From a virus, in the IMG/VR virus record IMGVR_UViG_3300005613_000001, positions 66,279 to 130,278 of that record: DNA of 64,000 nt; one strand, written 5' to 3'. Positions 18,142 through 28,416 of this stretch are shown here, piece after piece. The notes below the pieces were generated by a model. The model saw nothing but the letters and a program-made list of their open reading frames with translations. It searched no databases and was not told the origin of the DNA. The position numbers and the translations under genes were made by a program. The stretch's first letter is position 1; each line of letters opens with the position of its first letter.

Positions 18142-18776
18142 TCCGAGGTCTAATCAAAACCGATGTCTTTAAAGAAGATCAATACCTTTATCTAAAATTT
18201 GTTGAAAGCCGAACTACCGGCGTATACTATCTGACTCGCCGGGAAGCAGAGGCAGATGAATATGGTGAGTACCTATGTGATTTAGAACACTTCCAAAAGA
18301 GATGGAGAATTCGTCTTAGAGGCGGCGAGATATTGCCTGAGTCTATCCAACGCATGGGCTTTAACGAACGAGAAGACGCCGCACAATTCTATCTTGCTTT
18401 TAAACTTAATGTAGCAGAAGAAACTGCAAAACATCCACTTCCAGAGGATGTAACAAACTACATAGAACGCCGCTCAAGGGACATTAGAGAGGAAGCAAAA
18501 GATCTAAGTGATAGATTACACAGTGTCGTTATGGAACAACGAAGCCTTCGGTATCTAGCTGAACAATATAACTTGCAACGAGTTATGTGGGAAACAGAGG
18601 AAGCTGATGATAAAGAGGCTGTCAAAGATCTACTTGAATTTAAAATTGGTGATGTGCCATTCTTTTCAGAAGCATATCTTTATGATGCAATCGGCAAGGA
18701 AGATGCAAGAACGGTACTCGCCCTAGTGCGAAACTTAGTCCGACTTGTTGATCCCGCTCAACAATTTGGAGTTTAA
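18123..18776 (+). CDS. hypothetical protein in the MoxR cassette
   Basis: 217 aa. Its start overlaps the MoxR stop. Confidence 0.45.
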   Translation: MEGSNMIRGLIKTDVFKEDQYLYLKFVESRTTGVYYLTRREAEADEYGEYLCDLEHFQKRWRIRLRGGEILPESIQRMGFNEREDAAQFYLAFKLNVAEETAKHPLPEDVTNYIERRSRDIREEAKDLSDRLHSVVMEQRSLRYLAEQYNLQRVMWETEEADDKEAVKDLLEFKIGDVPFFSEAYLYDAIGKEDARTVLALVRNLVRLVDPAQQFGV

Positions 18777-18777
18777 A

Positions 18778-19092
18778 ATGACAACCTTTGGCCTGCTACT
18801 GGTTTGTTTTGCATTAATGCTGAATCAAACTGCTGTAAAAGATCCACACTTAAGATGGCATTGGATAATATTTTCAGCACTAAATGTATTATACTTCAGC
18901 ATACACCAGCAATGGTTTTTCGTAATTGTTTGGATGCCTTTGCTCATCCTAAATACAGGACTTCTGATTTCATGGTACAAAAAGCTTCGCCCTATGATTG
19001 TAGCCCACGAACAGGCACTTATAGAAATATCACAGCGACCAATCCCCGCTGATCCAAATGCAATATTTCCCACGGACGACGACGATGAATGA
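18778..19092 (+). CDS. small membrane protein with two predicted TM helices
   Basis: The ATG at 18778 follows the upstream stop. MTTFGLLLVCFALML plus a second hydrophobic span. Its stop overlaps the next start in an ATGA arrangement. Confidence 0.4.
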   Translation: MTTFGLLLVCFALMLNQTAVKDPHLRWHWIIFSALNVLYFSIHQQWFFVIVWMPLLILNTGLLISWYKKLRPMIVAHEQALIEISQRPIPADPNAIFPTDDDDE

Positions 19093-21286
19093 AACCGCCT
19101 TACTAACCCGACAAATGCACACGCTCACCACGAATGAGATTGGAGAGCTTAGGCGCATTGCTAAGACGGTCTTTGAACCGCTTATTCGTCCATTCCGCCA
19201 AAAACGCACAGTCGCTCAATTTGACTACCGTAAAACTATTAGAACCGCTCAAAAGATCGGGCATCTGCTTCCTGCCTACTCTCGGGTAGAAAGAGAACAT
19301 AGGAAAAGCCGCCTCGTTATTGCTATGTCCCTCTCTGGGATTGACCGTTGTGCGGCTGTATCTTTAATTCCTTTATTCGCTGAACTGCGACGGTTCCTAG
19401 ACTTCAAACTTTATATCTATACATCAGATTTAATTGAGGCGGAATTCACGCACGATGGTTTCCTTGCCAACGATCATGAAATTTGTTGGAATAATGTTGC
19501 CGCGCCCATTGTATTCTCCCGCCTCGCTGAAATGGATTTTGATAATCAAGAGGATACCTTGCTTCTAATTGATTCTTTAGGAGGCGGGGATTCTGAATGG
19601 TATTGGTACTGGAATAAGACGAACCAAAAGGAAGTTCGTGACGAACAAAAGAAATATCTCATTCCGGCAGATGAATGGGGCGGATACTGGACGAGGCTCC
19701 GAGAACGACTTGCCGGTGATTATGATATTAGCAGACTAAAGAAGAGCGAAATACCGGCTGGGTGGAAGAAGGCGGTAGAGCGTAATTGTGTCCAAAGATG
19801 GGTAAATGCACCCGCCTTAGTAGATTATCTTGTACGATGGATGTTTAATCCTGAATTCGGGAAGAGAACACATGGCGATTGGTTCCCGAAACCCAAGCAT
19901 TATTGGGATGAAACGATTAATGTAAGCGATGCCCTTCCCAAACTACGTCAGAAGTTTCGTTCCATTCATTTGCTTTCGCCAAACTACAACGAAGACACCG
20001 AAGACCGACTTCATGATATTTTAAACTTAAACACCATTGACTATTGCCACAGAACGGACACTATTGAGGGGTTGGCGGCTGTGCTTGCCAACATCGTTCA
20101 CAACCGTTGCACAGACAAATTAACTTATGACCTACCTAAGTTCCAAGAATTCATTGATACAGAAGATGAAACTGTGCCGGATGATGAAGGGGAGGCGGTT
20201 CATGACGAGCAGGTAGCCACGCCTCAAGATTGTTTTGCCGACTGTGCCGATGCATTCCCCTGGCTACCGACAGAAACTCAATTCACTGTTCAAACTAGGA
20301 AGCGGGGAACGGAAGAACTAAAAGAAACTACCGTACCTTACAATAAGTGTGACGTAGGGGAATGGTTCCCAAATGCTTATCAGCACACTCGTTACCATTC
20401 TATGTTTAGTTGTACTCCTGAATTAAAAATTGATTCAGGGGATTCAAAATTTACACAACTGCAAGCATGTGAGGCGTTTCTTAGGGCGGTACAAGAAAAT
20501 CATATTGTAGCTTTGACGAACTATACCACGCCTCAAATCACAATGAAAGCGCGACCAGAGGAAACAATTAAGCTTTCCCCTGAATTTACCGCTCACCGTA
20601 CCCGTGCATTGCAAGAGTGCGTTCAAGAGGTAGCCCAACTATTTGCACCATGCTATAAGCCCTATGTAGGTGCGACTCCTTTAGCCAATGTGGTTTGGTG
20701 TAGTGTTGGTAAGTTTAAACCGGAGAAATTATCAATTGGCGTTAAGCCGGATGATAAAAAAGACTGGAAGAGGACGACATTCCATGAAGTGGGACACTAC
20801 TTTGAACATATCTCTCCCGAAGTTGGTGCATTTACTAATCATTTAATCAGGAAGAAAGTAGGCACCATCCAAAAACAGAAACTCGTTAATGTAATGCCGG
20901 GCGAGAAAGCCATGCCGGTGCAAGACGGATCAACAGATTGGATTCACATTTATGCAGGAAAGTGGTACAAAAGGGATCACGCCGATCTTCCAAATCCCAC
21001 TGAAATCCTCAGCATGCACCTAGAATACTTCGCTTCGCCTGAAAAACTACTTGTACTCGCCAAACACGATCCCTTTATGGTGAGATTTATCGCTTACATC
21101 ATAATGGGCGGGCCTGTTGCTGCCTTTAAGGCGAGCAAGGAAGCAAAACTTCAAAAGGCTCTACAAGAAATTGACCAGCGTAACCGACCTTCCCACGGCT
21201 ATTCCTACAGAGGCAGAAGGGGCAGTTATGGAGGCGGCGGTTCATCTTACACCCCCAAGAAAAAGGATAAGAAATTCGGTGTCTAA
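19058..21286 (+). CDS. large protein with a zincin-like HExxH motif, a possible degenerate vWA-like N-terminal region and a Gly-rich C terminus
   Basis: HEVGHYFEH near residue 580. The start is probably at MNETALL (19085), overlapping the upstream stop. Confidence 0.5.
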   Translation: MQYFPRTTTMNETALLTRQMHTLTTNEIGELRRIAKTVFEPLIRPFRQKRTVAQFDYRKTIRTAQKIGHLLPAYSRVEREHRKSRLVIAMSLSGIDRCAAVSLIPLFAELRRFLDFKLYIYTSDLIEAEFTHDGFLANDHEICWNNVAAPIVFSRLAEMDFDNQEDTLLLIDSLGGGDSEWYWYWNKTNQKEVRDEQKKYLIPADEWGGYWTRLRERLAGDYDISRLKKSEIPAGWKKAVERNCVQRWVNAPALVDYLVRWMFNPEFGKRTHGDWFPKPKHYWDETINVSDALPKLRQKFRSIHLLSPNYNEDTEDRLHDILNLNTIDYCHRTDTIEGLAAVLANIVHNRCTDKLTYDLPKFQEFIDTEDETVPDDEGEAVHDEQVATPQDCFADCADAFPWLPTETQFTVQTRKRGTEELKETTVPYNKCDVGEWFPNAYQHTRYHSMFSCTPELKIDSGDSKFTQLQACEAFLRAVQENHIVALTNYTTPQITMKARPEETIKLSPEFTAHRTRALQECVQEVAQLFAPCYKPYVGATPLANVVWCSVGKFKPEKLSIGVKPDDKKDWKRTTFHEVGHYFEHISPEVGAFTNHLIRKKVGTIQKQKLVNVMPGEKAMPVQDGSTDWIHIYAGKWYKRDHADLPNPTEILSMHLEYFASPEKLLVLAKHDPFMVRFIAYIIMGGPVAAFKASKEAKLQKALQEIDQRNRPSHGYSYRGRRGSYGGGGSSYTPKKKDKKFGV

Positions 21287-21553
21287 ATGGATCACTTTAC
21301 AGAAGAACAACCTAAAGACGGCGATACGATGCTCCATTGTGACCATATAAAAGGAGGCGGCAAGTGTCATTTCTTTAAAATCTCTGAAACAGCTTTTACC
21401 AGACCAGATGGCACTTCGGGAACATCTCACTGGATTATGTTATGTGATGCCTGTTTTCAAGCACACGGCGAGACAAAAAATTTCCAAATTACAGGCGATT
21501 CACAATGGGTTGGCGATGAACCCGAAATAAAAATCAACCCAGATATGAATTAG
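21287..21553 (+). CDS. small Cys/His-rich zinc-binding protein
   Basis: 88 aa. Its start overlaps the stop of the large protein. Confidence 0.4.
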   Translation: MDHFTEEQPKDGDTMLHCDHIKGGGKCHFFKISETAFTRPDGTSGTSHWIMLCDACFQAHGETKNFQITGDSQWVGDEPEIKINPDMN

Positions 21554-21744
21554 ATCAATAATGGCCCACCAATTAAGGCTGTTGTCGGCCATGCGTCATT
21601 ATAATGTCTAACAAAGTAATTTTTTAAAATGAAATTTACAAACCCCTTATGCCTTTTCATATACCATCCGAAATCATGAATGATACAGAAGTGAAAACTT
21701 TCCTTCAAATACATAAAAGAACCTATTCTTGCATACATGGGGCT

Positions 21745-22044
21745 TTAATCGATGAAAATCAAACTATACTTCTTTTCCAAATTTAATTTGCGAAGATTTT
21801 TCCAACTATTTATAAACTGAAATTGGTAATTATCTCTTTGATATCTCTTTTGTGTTTTTTTAAACCATGCTTGGTTAGATTCCAACCCTAAAATACAAAC
21901 ATTGGAATGGGTTTTGGCATAATCTGAAAATATCTTGGCGCTGCCGTCTCCTGTTCCTAATTCCAAGATGAAATGATCTTTGTCTTTGTTTAATTTATTT
22001 AAACAATTTGTCAAACAAGGTCTGTGAGTGTAATAAGGATTCAT
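21745..22044 (-). pseudogene. class I SAM-dependent methyltransferase N-terminal half, possibly frameshifted with 21550..21738
   Basis: Motif I ILELGTGDGS and post-I ILGLES. The ORF covers only about half a normal MTase and is followed 6 nt later by a 62-aa ORF in another frame. Confidence 0.35.
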
Positions 22045-22055
22045 TAGGAAAATAA

Positions 22056-22088
22056 GGCGACGAGGGAATTCCCCTCGTCGCCTTTTTG
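22056..22088 (+). terminator. strong rho-independent terminator between convergent units
   Basis: An 11-bp GC-rich stem ggcgacgaggg / ccctcgtcgcc, followed by ttttt. Confidence 0.6.
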
Positions 22089-22350
22089 TTTGCTTTCATT
22101 GCTACGCTAGCGATTCTAACAACGAAGCGTTAATTATGCAGAGGCGAAGCCCGTTCCCCACAATCTTTGCGTACAAATTGTGATTGCTGCGACATAAGCA
22201 CCACTATTACCCGAACACAATCGGTTAGTAGAGGGGCAGTTAGCATAAAAGTAACGCCAAGTAGTCGTTGTATATACGTTATTTGGCTTTTTACATCTCA
22301 TAAGATTTCCTCCATAAATAGCCTTTAATAGTATGTATGATAGATAACTT

Positions 22351-23172
22351 CTATTTTGAAGCAATATCTCGCATATACAGATTTTTATTCCCCTCCATTA
22401 TTTTTTTCGCATGGGGATTGGTTCGCCTCAAATATTGAAGTGTAGCATCCCCCTCATGGTGTACCCAACTAGAACCACACACGGCTTGCTTATATCCATA
22501 GCTCCGCATACGGTCAGCTAGTTCTCTATTTTCATAACCAGCGTAAGGGTAATGCTTTATAAATCCCTTAATATAATGAAATAAATGCCTATGACACAGG
22601 GCACAATAGAGGGGTAAGTATCCTTCTTCCAAAACTACATCCTCTGTAGGTTCGGCGTGTCTCTCCGCGTAGAGCTTATTCTTCAACTCTACATCTTCCA
22701 CGGTTGGGTTATTAGTTCTAGAACCAACCATCTTTACCCCTTCTGCTTTTAATTTTTGCATAGTCTGCCCCATTGCCAACAGCCAATTGGCATCTTCTAT
22801 CAGGCAGTCAGAGTGCAAAAAAACTACCCAAGGGAACACATTGGGTTCATTTTCCATTGCTTTCATCCCATATTCCAATGCGCCTCCAAACCCTAATTGT
22901 TCTTCAGTTTGTACTGATTTCAAATTAGGCACATCTTCAAATCCATCAAATACAAAATTAGAATTAGGAGAACAATCATCTACTAGGCAGATTCTAAAAT
23001 GATTACTTCTGGTAAGATATATTAGACTACTTACCAGGGAGGCGACCTTTTCGTATTGCCCATGAAATGGAATAATAATATCAACATATTGATCGGAAAA
23101 CAATTTGCCCTGTTTAATAAAATCACTCTTCAGAACTTTGCTGCCCGGTTTCATCTTGGGGAAGTTTGACAT
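22351..23172 (-). CDS. family 2 glycosyltransferase (GT-A fold)
   Basis: DIIIPFHG...ICLVDDCS, a DxD-type motif. Confidence 0.6.
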   Translation of the reverse strand: MSNFPKMKPGSKVLKSDFIKQGKLFSDQYVDIIIPFHGQYEKVASLVSSLIYLTRSNHFRICLVDDCSPNSNFVFDGFEDVPNLKSVQTEEQLGFGGALEYGMKAMENEPNVFPWVVFLHSDCLIEDANWLLAMGQTMQKLKAEGVKMVGSRTNNPTVEDVELKNKLYAERHAEPTEDVVLEEGYLPLYCALCHRHLFHYIKGFIKHYPYAGYENRELADRMRSYGYKQAVCGSSWVHHEGDATLQYLRRTNPHAKKIMEGNKNLYMRDIASK

Positions 23173-23770
23173 CTACGTTTCCTTTTCCCTTTCCTGTCTG
23201 TGTTCTTACAAAATTGACGAGAATATCTTTTAAATCAGTAACATCTTCGAGAAATGTAACTTCAGCCTGATTTTCTAAGGTTTTAATGGATTGTTCACAC
23301 TTGCCAAATCCAAAGAGCATTAAATTTATATCAAAGCCTTTAGTTTCATTTAAATTAAAAACTTGCCTACAGGGGATTTCATCTTTAGCTCGATATTTGT
23401 CAGTAATTACAATTACATACCGTCTAAAATCTTCCGGTTCACATGCCAAGAGCAGCATGGTCTGTTCTATTGCCATATCCAATTCAGTCAATGGTGGCTT
23501 GTAAGAAAGCAACCTCTGGATCGCTCCGCCTTTTTTCTCAGGAATCACTTCAATTTCAGGCTCAAAGAAGTAGACCCGATCTTCCGGCTCTAAGCAGTCC
23601 GTATTCAGAACTTCACCTAACGCATTTTTTAGCAATGTAGAGTTTTTAATTCCATTTGTTCGACGTTCTGAGCAATCAAACACTACTCCCAATAACAAGG
23701 GAATATACCTATTAAATTCATCAAACATTCTTTCTTTTCTCCCTGTGGAACTTTCTAATAGGGTGGTCAT
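23123..23770 (-). CDS. hypothetical protein in the glycan cluster
   Basis: 215-aa ORF. Confidence 0.4.
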   Translation of the reverse strand: MTTLLESSTGRKERMFDEFNRYIPLLLGVVFDCSERRTNGIKNSTLLKNALGEVLNTDCLEPEDRVYFFEPEIEVIPEKKGGAIQRLLSYKPPLTELDMAIEQTMLLLACEPEDFRRYVIVITDKYRAKDEIPCRQVFNLNETKGFDINLMLFGFGKCEQSIKTLENQAEVTFLEDVTDLKDILVNFVRTQTGKGKGNVDVKLPQDETGQQSSEE

Positions 23771-24524
23771 AATCTTTTAATGGATGCATAAGGCAGGCTT
23801 CAGAGAAGTTTTCTACTTCGGGGTGCAAATCTGGTCTGAATCTCAGGGGGAACTTTTGATAAGCACCATGCCAGGCACCATCTGCTGTTGTCCAACTGGC
23901 AAACTGTGACACTTTCCCTCCGAAGTGAGCGGCTAAACTTGGATATAGATGTTCCGCTAGGTCATACCCCCCTTGGGCTTCATAGCCAGGGAAATATCCC
24001 CCTGAAAAATCATTAGTGAGGTAGAGAAATCTTTCAAAAAAATTAATTTCCGCCAACTTTCTAATAAACTCTCCACTATAGAAAACACAACAACCCAATA
24101 AATAGTGGCTGCCGTATATTTCCGTTTTCAACATAGATTCCAACAATTCAAACTGATACCCTCCCAATCGATGATCGTTACCAATTGCCCAAACTCCCAT
24201 CTTTTGCGCAATTTGTAATTCTCGCAAGAAAGCATCAGATCCCACAAGGCAATCATACTCTAAATAACAATACCAATCCATATCCGACCACAGAGTATTC
24301 GCCTCTTTTAAAGCTAGTGTAACATTCCTGTATGGGCCTCTATTGTGCTCATGATGGAAGCCTTCCAGTTTATAACAGGGCATATTCACTGATTCCAACT
24401 CTTTCCAACCTGCTCCATCCACAACCATTAAAACATCTTCTGTCATCCATTTTTGGACAGAATCTAAAGTGTCATGAACAACTCTTGAGTTTTCATGCGT
24501 ATTTAATATTGTGGCTATTTTCAT
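23721..24524 (-). CDS. glycosyltransferase-like protein (GT-A fold)
   Basis: VLMVVDGAG...YLEYDCLV DxD-like pattern. Confidence 0.45.
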   Translation of the reverse strand: MKIATILNTHENSRVVHDTLDSVQKWMTEDVLMVVDGAGWKELESVNMPCYKLEGFHHEHNRGPYRNVTLALKEANTLWSDMDWYCYLEYDCLVGSDAFLRELQIAQKMGVWAIGNDHRLGGYQFELLESMLKTEIYGSHYLLGCCVFYSGEFIRKLAEINFFERFLYLTNDFSGGYFPGYEAQGGYDLAEHLYPSLAAHFGGKVSQFASWTTADGAWHGAYQKFPLRFRPDLHPEVENFSEACLMHPLKDYDHPIRKFHREKRKNV

Positions 24525-24573
24525 AAAATTACTACTATAAGTAAGTAAGTTAATTTCAAACGGAGAGTTAATA

Positions 24574-25491
24574 ATGAATGAAAAAGATACCGAAATTTTG
24601 AGGAAATTATACTACACGCTAGCTAAGAAAACCAACGACAAAGACATATCGCCCTTTCTACCCACCCTAGCAAGCATGTTAGGTGAAGATCGCGCTGAAC
24701 TGGTTAATCTCAAAAACCTACTTAATGCTAATGAATGGCCGAAAGCTGTTGATTCTAATTTAATTTGTGATGTAGACTCAGACGATGATAAATTATCAAG
24801 AGCGGAAGGAATTTTAGAGTTAATCATAGAAAGAAACTTGCAAAATAAGAGTTTTCTAGATTTCGGCTGCGGAGAAGGACATGTGCCATTAAAATCCCTT
24901 GCTCAAGAACCAATCAAGGCAGTAGGATATGACATTGAAAAAAATGCCACTTGGGATACCTTTGAGAAAAATGAAAAGCTACTGCTCACTACAGATATGA
25001 AAGAAGTAGAAAAATTTGCCCCTTACGATGTTATTCTTCTTTATGATGTTTTAGACCACATGGAAAGCGGTCAGGTAGAAATTCTCACAAAGGTCAAAGA
25101 ACTCCTTGCTGACGGTGGGGCTGTTTATGTGAGATTCCATCCATACTGTTCCCGACACGCACTTCATCTTTATCATGATATTAATAAGGCATATATTCAC
25201 CTAATCTTCACAGAAAAAGAGCTTACTGACCTGGGTTATAAAGTAGAACCAAATGCTAAAGTAGTGCATCCCATTGTGGAATATGGCAAATGGATTAAAG
25301 AAGCCGGTCTAATAACTAGCCATAGCAACACTCTACGCGAACGAGTTGAACCATTTTTCGGCAAAAATAAAGCCATTAAAGAGAGAGTTAGATTGCACTT
25401 TACAGGAAGTACAGATAAGCATATTAAAAAAGGCGGTTTCCCAACCTTCCAGTTAGAACAACAATTTTGTGACTATGTATTGAAAAAATGA
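24574..25491 (+). CDS. class I SAM-dependent methyltransferase
   Basis: LDFGCGEGH motif I and ILLYDVLDHM motif. Confidence 0.6.
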   Translation: MNEKDTEILRKLYYTLAKKTNDKDISPFLPTLASMLGEDRAELVNLKNLLNANEWPKAVDSNLICDVDSDDDKLSRAEGILELIIERNLQNKSFLDFGCGEGHVPLKSLAQEPIKAVGYDIEKNATWDTFEKNEKLLLTTDMKEVEKFAPYDVILLYDVLDHMESGQVEILTKVKELLADGGAVYVRFHPYCSRHALHLYHDINKAYIHLIFTEKELTDLGYKVEPNAKVVHPIVEYGKWIKEAGLITSHSNTLRERVEPFFGKNKAIKERVRLHFTGSTDKHIKKGGFPTFQLEQQFCDYVLKK

Positions 25492-26588
25492 GCGAACAAT
25501 ACGATTTAGAACTTATACTACCTGTCTGTAATAAAAATCAGTATGGCCGAAGATTAGCTGATTTCAAAAAATACGGTCTTTTAAATATAAAAGATAAAAA
25601 GGTAAGAGTTGATCTCTTAGTCGGGCCTGAGAAATTCCGTGAGAATCCAAAAGAAGGATGGCCTAGTGGGGTAGATGTAACTGTTGTTGTAGAAAAACAA
25701 ACTCCAGAAACAGCTAAAATATACAATTACCTATCCACTTGGACAGCCGAAGACGCACTCAGATCTCGATGGTTCGCTAAATTTGATGATGATAGCATAA
25801 ATGATCTCTCTCATTTGGTTGACATGCTAGACTTAGAATATGACCACCAAAGGGAATACTACATAGTAACTGAATTTAGACACGAACAACACAAGTATGA
25901 AGATAACCTACTACGCAAAATGGGCTTTGAACGATGGTTTAGACAAAGAAATCCATTATGGCACGAATTAGAAGGCTCAGTTGCCTCTCAGGCCGCAATG
26001 AAAAGAATAGTAGAAAATAAAACTGCTATGAAATTCATGAAAGAAAGATCAAAAATATTAGAAGGATACTCCGACTACTGTTTAGCTTGTGCCGCTAGAA
26101 TTTGTAAAATCTACCCCTCCGATGCTTACTTCCTCTCAAAAGATCCGCAAATCGGACAATTTTCTATGCTCGGAGGACATTTAGCCCACATTCATACCAT
26201 TTCACATGATAGAGCGCCTCATGCATTTGATCTATTGCAACGAATGCTCAACAAGACAATGCATAGCTCTAATGGACAGGGGAAAAGATTATATGAACAA
26301 GTATTAAATAGAGATTTTGTCTTCAAACGTGATTCTTTAGATAAAATAGCTATGATTCATTTAAGCCCAAACGGCATAATTGAACACAATAACTCAGAAG
26401 AGCGAATTTGGCATATTACAGATACAGGAACCCTAGAATTTCTTGCTAATGATGGAACACTAAGAATTGTTTTTGATAACTTCGATGATGATTTTAAAAT
26501 GTTAGAAGGATATTGCGTCTTTAAGAAAGCCACACACAACAAACTTGAAGTTAATCCAGCAAAACCATTTATAAGAAGACTTGCTTAG
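25488..26588 (+). CDS. hypothetical protein of the glycan module
   Basis: 366 aa, translationally coupled to the MTase. Confidence 0.4.
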   Translation: MSEQYDLELILPVCNKNQYGRRLADFKKYGLLNIKDKKVRVDLLVGPEKFRENPKEGWPSGVDVTVVVEKQTPETAKIYNYLSTWTAEDALRSRWFAKFDDDSINDLSHLVDMLDLEYDHQREYYIVTEFRHEQHKYEDNLLRKMGFERWFRQRNPLWHELEGSVASQAAMKRIVENKTAMKFMKERSKILEGYSDYCLACAARICKIYPSDAYFLSKDPQIGQFSMLGGHLAHIHTISHDRAPHAFDLLQRMLNKTMHSSNGQGKRLYEQVLNRDFVFKRDSLDKIAMIHLSPNGIIEHNNSEERIWHITDTGTLEFLANDGTLRIVFDNFDDDFKMLEGYCVFKKATHNKLEVNPAKPFIRRLA

Positions 26589-27333
26589 TATAACCATATC
26601 TGTCCATCATGGTGAGAAATTTGTTCTTGATTTCCCCATCAGGAATATCATCTGATGTGAGATCCTTTTCCCTATTACGCATAGTATTAATTTGCTTGTT
26701 CTTAAAGACTACACGCTGAACAGGAACCTTCAAAAATTCAAAAAACCCATCAGGAAATTCATCTTCCGCCCGATGAAAATAATAGGGGCGACTCTTACCA
26801 AGCTTCTCAATACGCCCGTTCCATTCCAATAAATAAGAACAGGCCCGTTCAATGGGATTCTCTACACTACTCAATGATTTACAATGATGCCACATCCACT
26901 GCTCCCAACCCCTTTTATTAAATGGGTTTTCTTTCAATCCTTGAAAATATTGTAAATCTTTAATAAAAGAACTAATCACGGAAAGGGGATTTCTTACGAC
27001 ATGAATAACAGGTACGTCTTGTAGATTAAATTTATTTAAATAAGGCAGTGCCATATAGCTTGAATCAGCCACTATATCATTCAAATGAACCCAACCGTGA
27101 TTCCCAGCGCATTTGCTCATTGTGGGTTTTCGTTCACCAAATACTCGCTTCTCAATCACACCAGGCTTTGCTTGATTGAAAATGCTCTCATGCCCACAAG
27201 GGACTCCCAATGATGTGAGCACCCTTGCCATATAGACAGTACCACATCTTCCCGTTCCTGTAACAATATACTTTAAAAATGTCATATCATTATAAATTAG
27301 TTTTACTTCTTTAAATGTATGCGAAGTTATCAT
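26569..27333 (-). CDS. sulfotransferase-like P-loop protein
   Basis: YIVTGTGRCGTVYMARVL 5'-PSB-type loop. Confidence 0.45.
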   Translation of the reverse strand: MITSHTFKEVKLIYNDMTFLKYIVTGTGRCGTVYMARVLTSLGVPCGHESIFNQAKPGVIEKRVFGERKPTMSKCAGNHGWVHLNDIVADSSYMALPYLNKFNLQDVPVIHVVRNPLSVISSFIKDLQYFQGLKENPFNKRGWEQWMWHHCKSLSSVENPIERACSYLLEWNGRIEKLGKSRPYYFHRAEDEFPDGFFEFLKVPVQRVVFKNKQINTMRNREKDLTSDDIPDGEIKNKFLTMMDRYGYTKQVFL

Positions 27334-28416
27334 TATCTAATCGTCGGAAGTGGGCTTTTTGGCGCTACGTTTGCTAGAGAATTAAAAAAAGCCGGGAAAA
27401 AAGTCCTGGTTATTGAAAAAGACGATCATGTTGGTGGTCATGTCTACACAAAAAAAATACACGGGGCGGAAATTCACCTGTATGGCCCTCATATCTTTCA
27501 TACTGATAGTAAAAAAATATGGGACTACGTGAATAACGTAGTAGAATTTGAACCCTACTTCCATAAAGTGAAAGCTAAATACGGCAACAAGATATACTCC
27601 CTGCCGTTCAATATGTCAACATTCTACGAATTGTGGGGATGCACAACACCTGGGGAAGCTTACCAAGAGATTGAGAAACAAAAGGTCAAAATAGAAAACC
27701 CACAAAATTTAGAAGATTGGGTATTATCTCAAATCGGCCCAGACTTGTATCAAACCCTCATTTATGGTTATAATAAGAAACAATGGAGTAAAGAACCTCG
27801 TAAGCTGCCCGCCTCTTTAATTAAAAGGCTACCCCTAAGATTCAATTACAACGACAATTACCACCACAGTCGCTATTCGGGGTTGCCTGTTGGGGGTTAT
27901 ACAAACTTTGTAAATGAATTATTAAAAGATGTAGATGTTCAATTAAATACAGACTTCTTTGAGATTAAGAAATGGCAGAAGATTGCCAAAAAATTAATTT
28001 ATTCAGGCCCTATTGACCAATTGTTTGATTACAAATATGGGACATTAGAATATCGGAGCTTAGAATTTAAACATGTAGTATTAGACTACAGTTTTCAAGG
28101 CATCCCCCAGATGAATCACACAGAAGCAGATGTGCCATTTACGAGGACGGTTGAACACAAATACTTCCGCAGAGAAACAGCCGACAACCCCAGATCGGTT
28201 GTAACTTATGAATACCCAATCAATTGGGAGCCAGGGAAGAAGAGATACTACCCAATCAACGACGATAGGAACAATGAGATAAATCGGAAATACCAAGAGG
28301 AATTGGGAAAACAACCCAAAGTCATAGCCGGGGGACGGCTCGGCACTTACCGCTACCTAGATATGCACATGGTTATTGGACAAGCACTCAAAATGGCAGA
28401 AAAGGAGTTGTCGTGA
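27319..28416 (+). CDS. glf: UDP-galactopyranose mutase
   Basis: The FAD-binding motif IVGSGLFGA, then LVIEKDDHVGGHVYT, GPHIFHT, NLPFNM and YPINDD are collinear with E. coli Glf. Confidence 0.9.
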   Translation: MRSYHYLIVGSGLFGATFARELKKAGKKVLVIEKDDHVGGHVYTKKIHGAEIHLYGPHIFHTDSKKIWDYVNNVVEFEPYFHKVKAKYGNKIYSLPFNMSTFYELWGCTTPGEAYQEIEKQKVKIENPQNLEDWVLSQIGPDLYQTLIYGYNKKQWSKEPRKLPASLIKRLPLRFNYNDNYHHSRYSGLPVGGYTNFVNELLKDVDVQLNTDFFEIKKWQKIAKKLIYSGPIDQLFDYKYGTLEYRSLEFKHVVLDYSFQGIPQMNHTEADVPFTRTVEHKYFRRETADNPRSVVTYEYPINWEPGKKRYYPINDDRNNEINRKYQEELGKQPKVIAGGRLGTYRYLDMHMVIGQALKMAEKELS

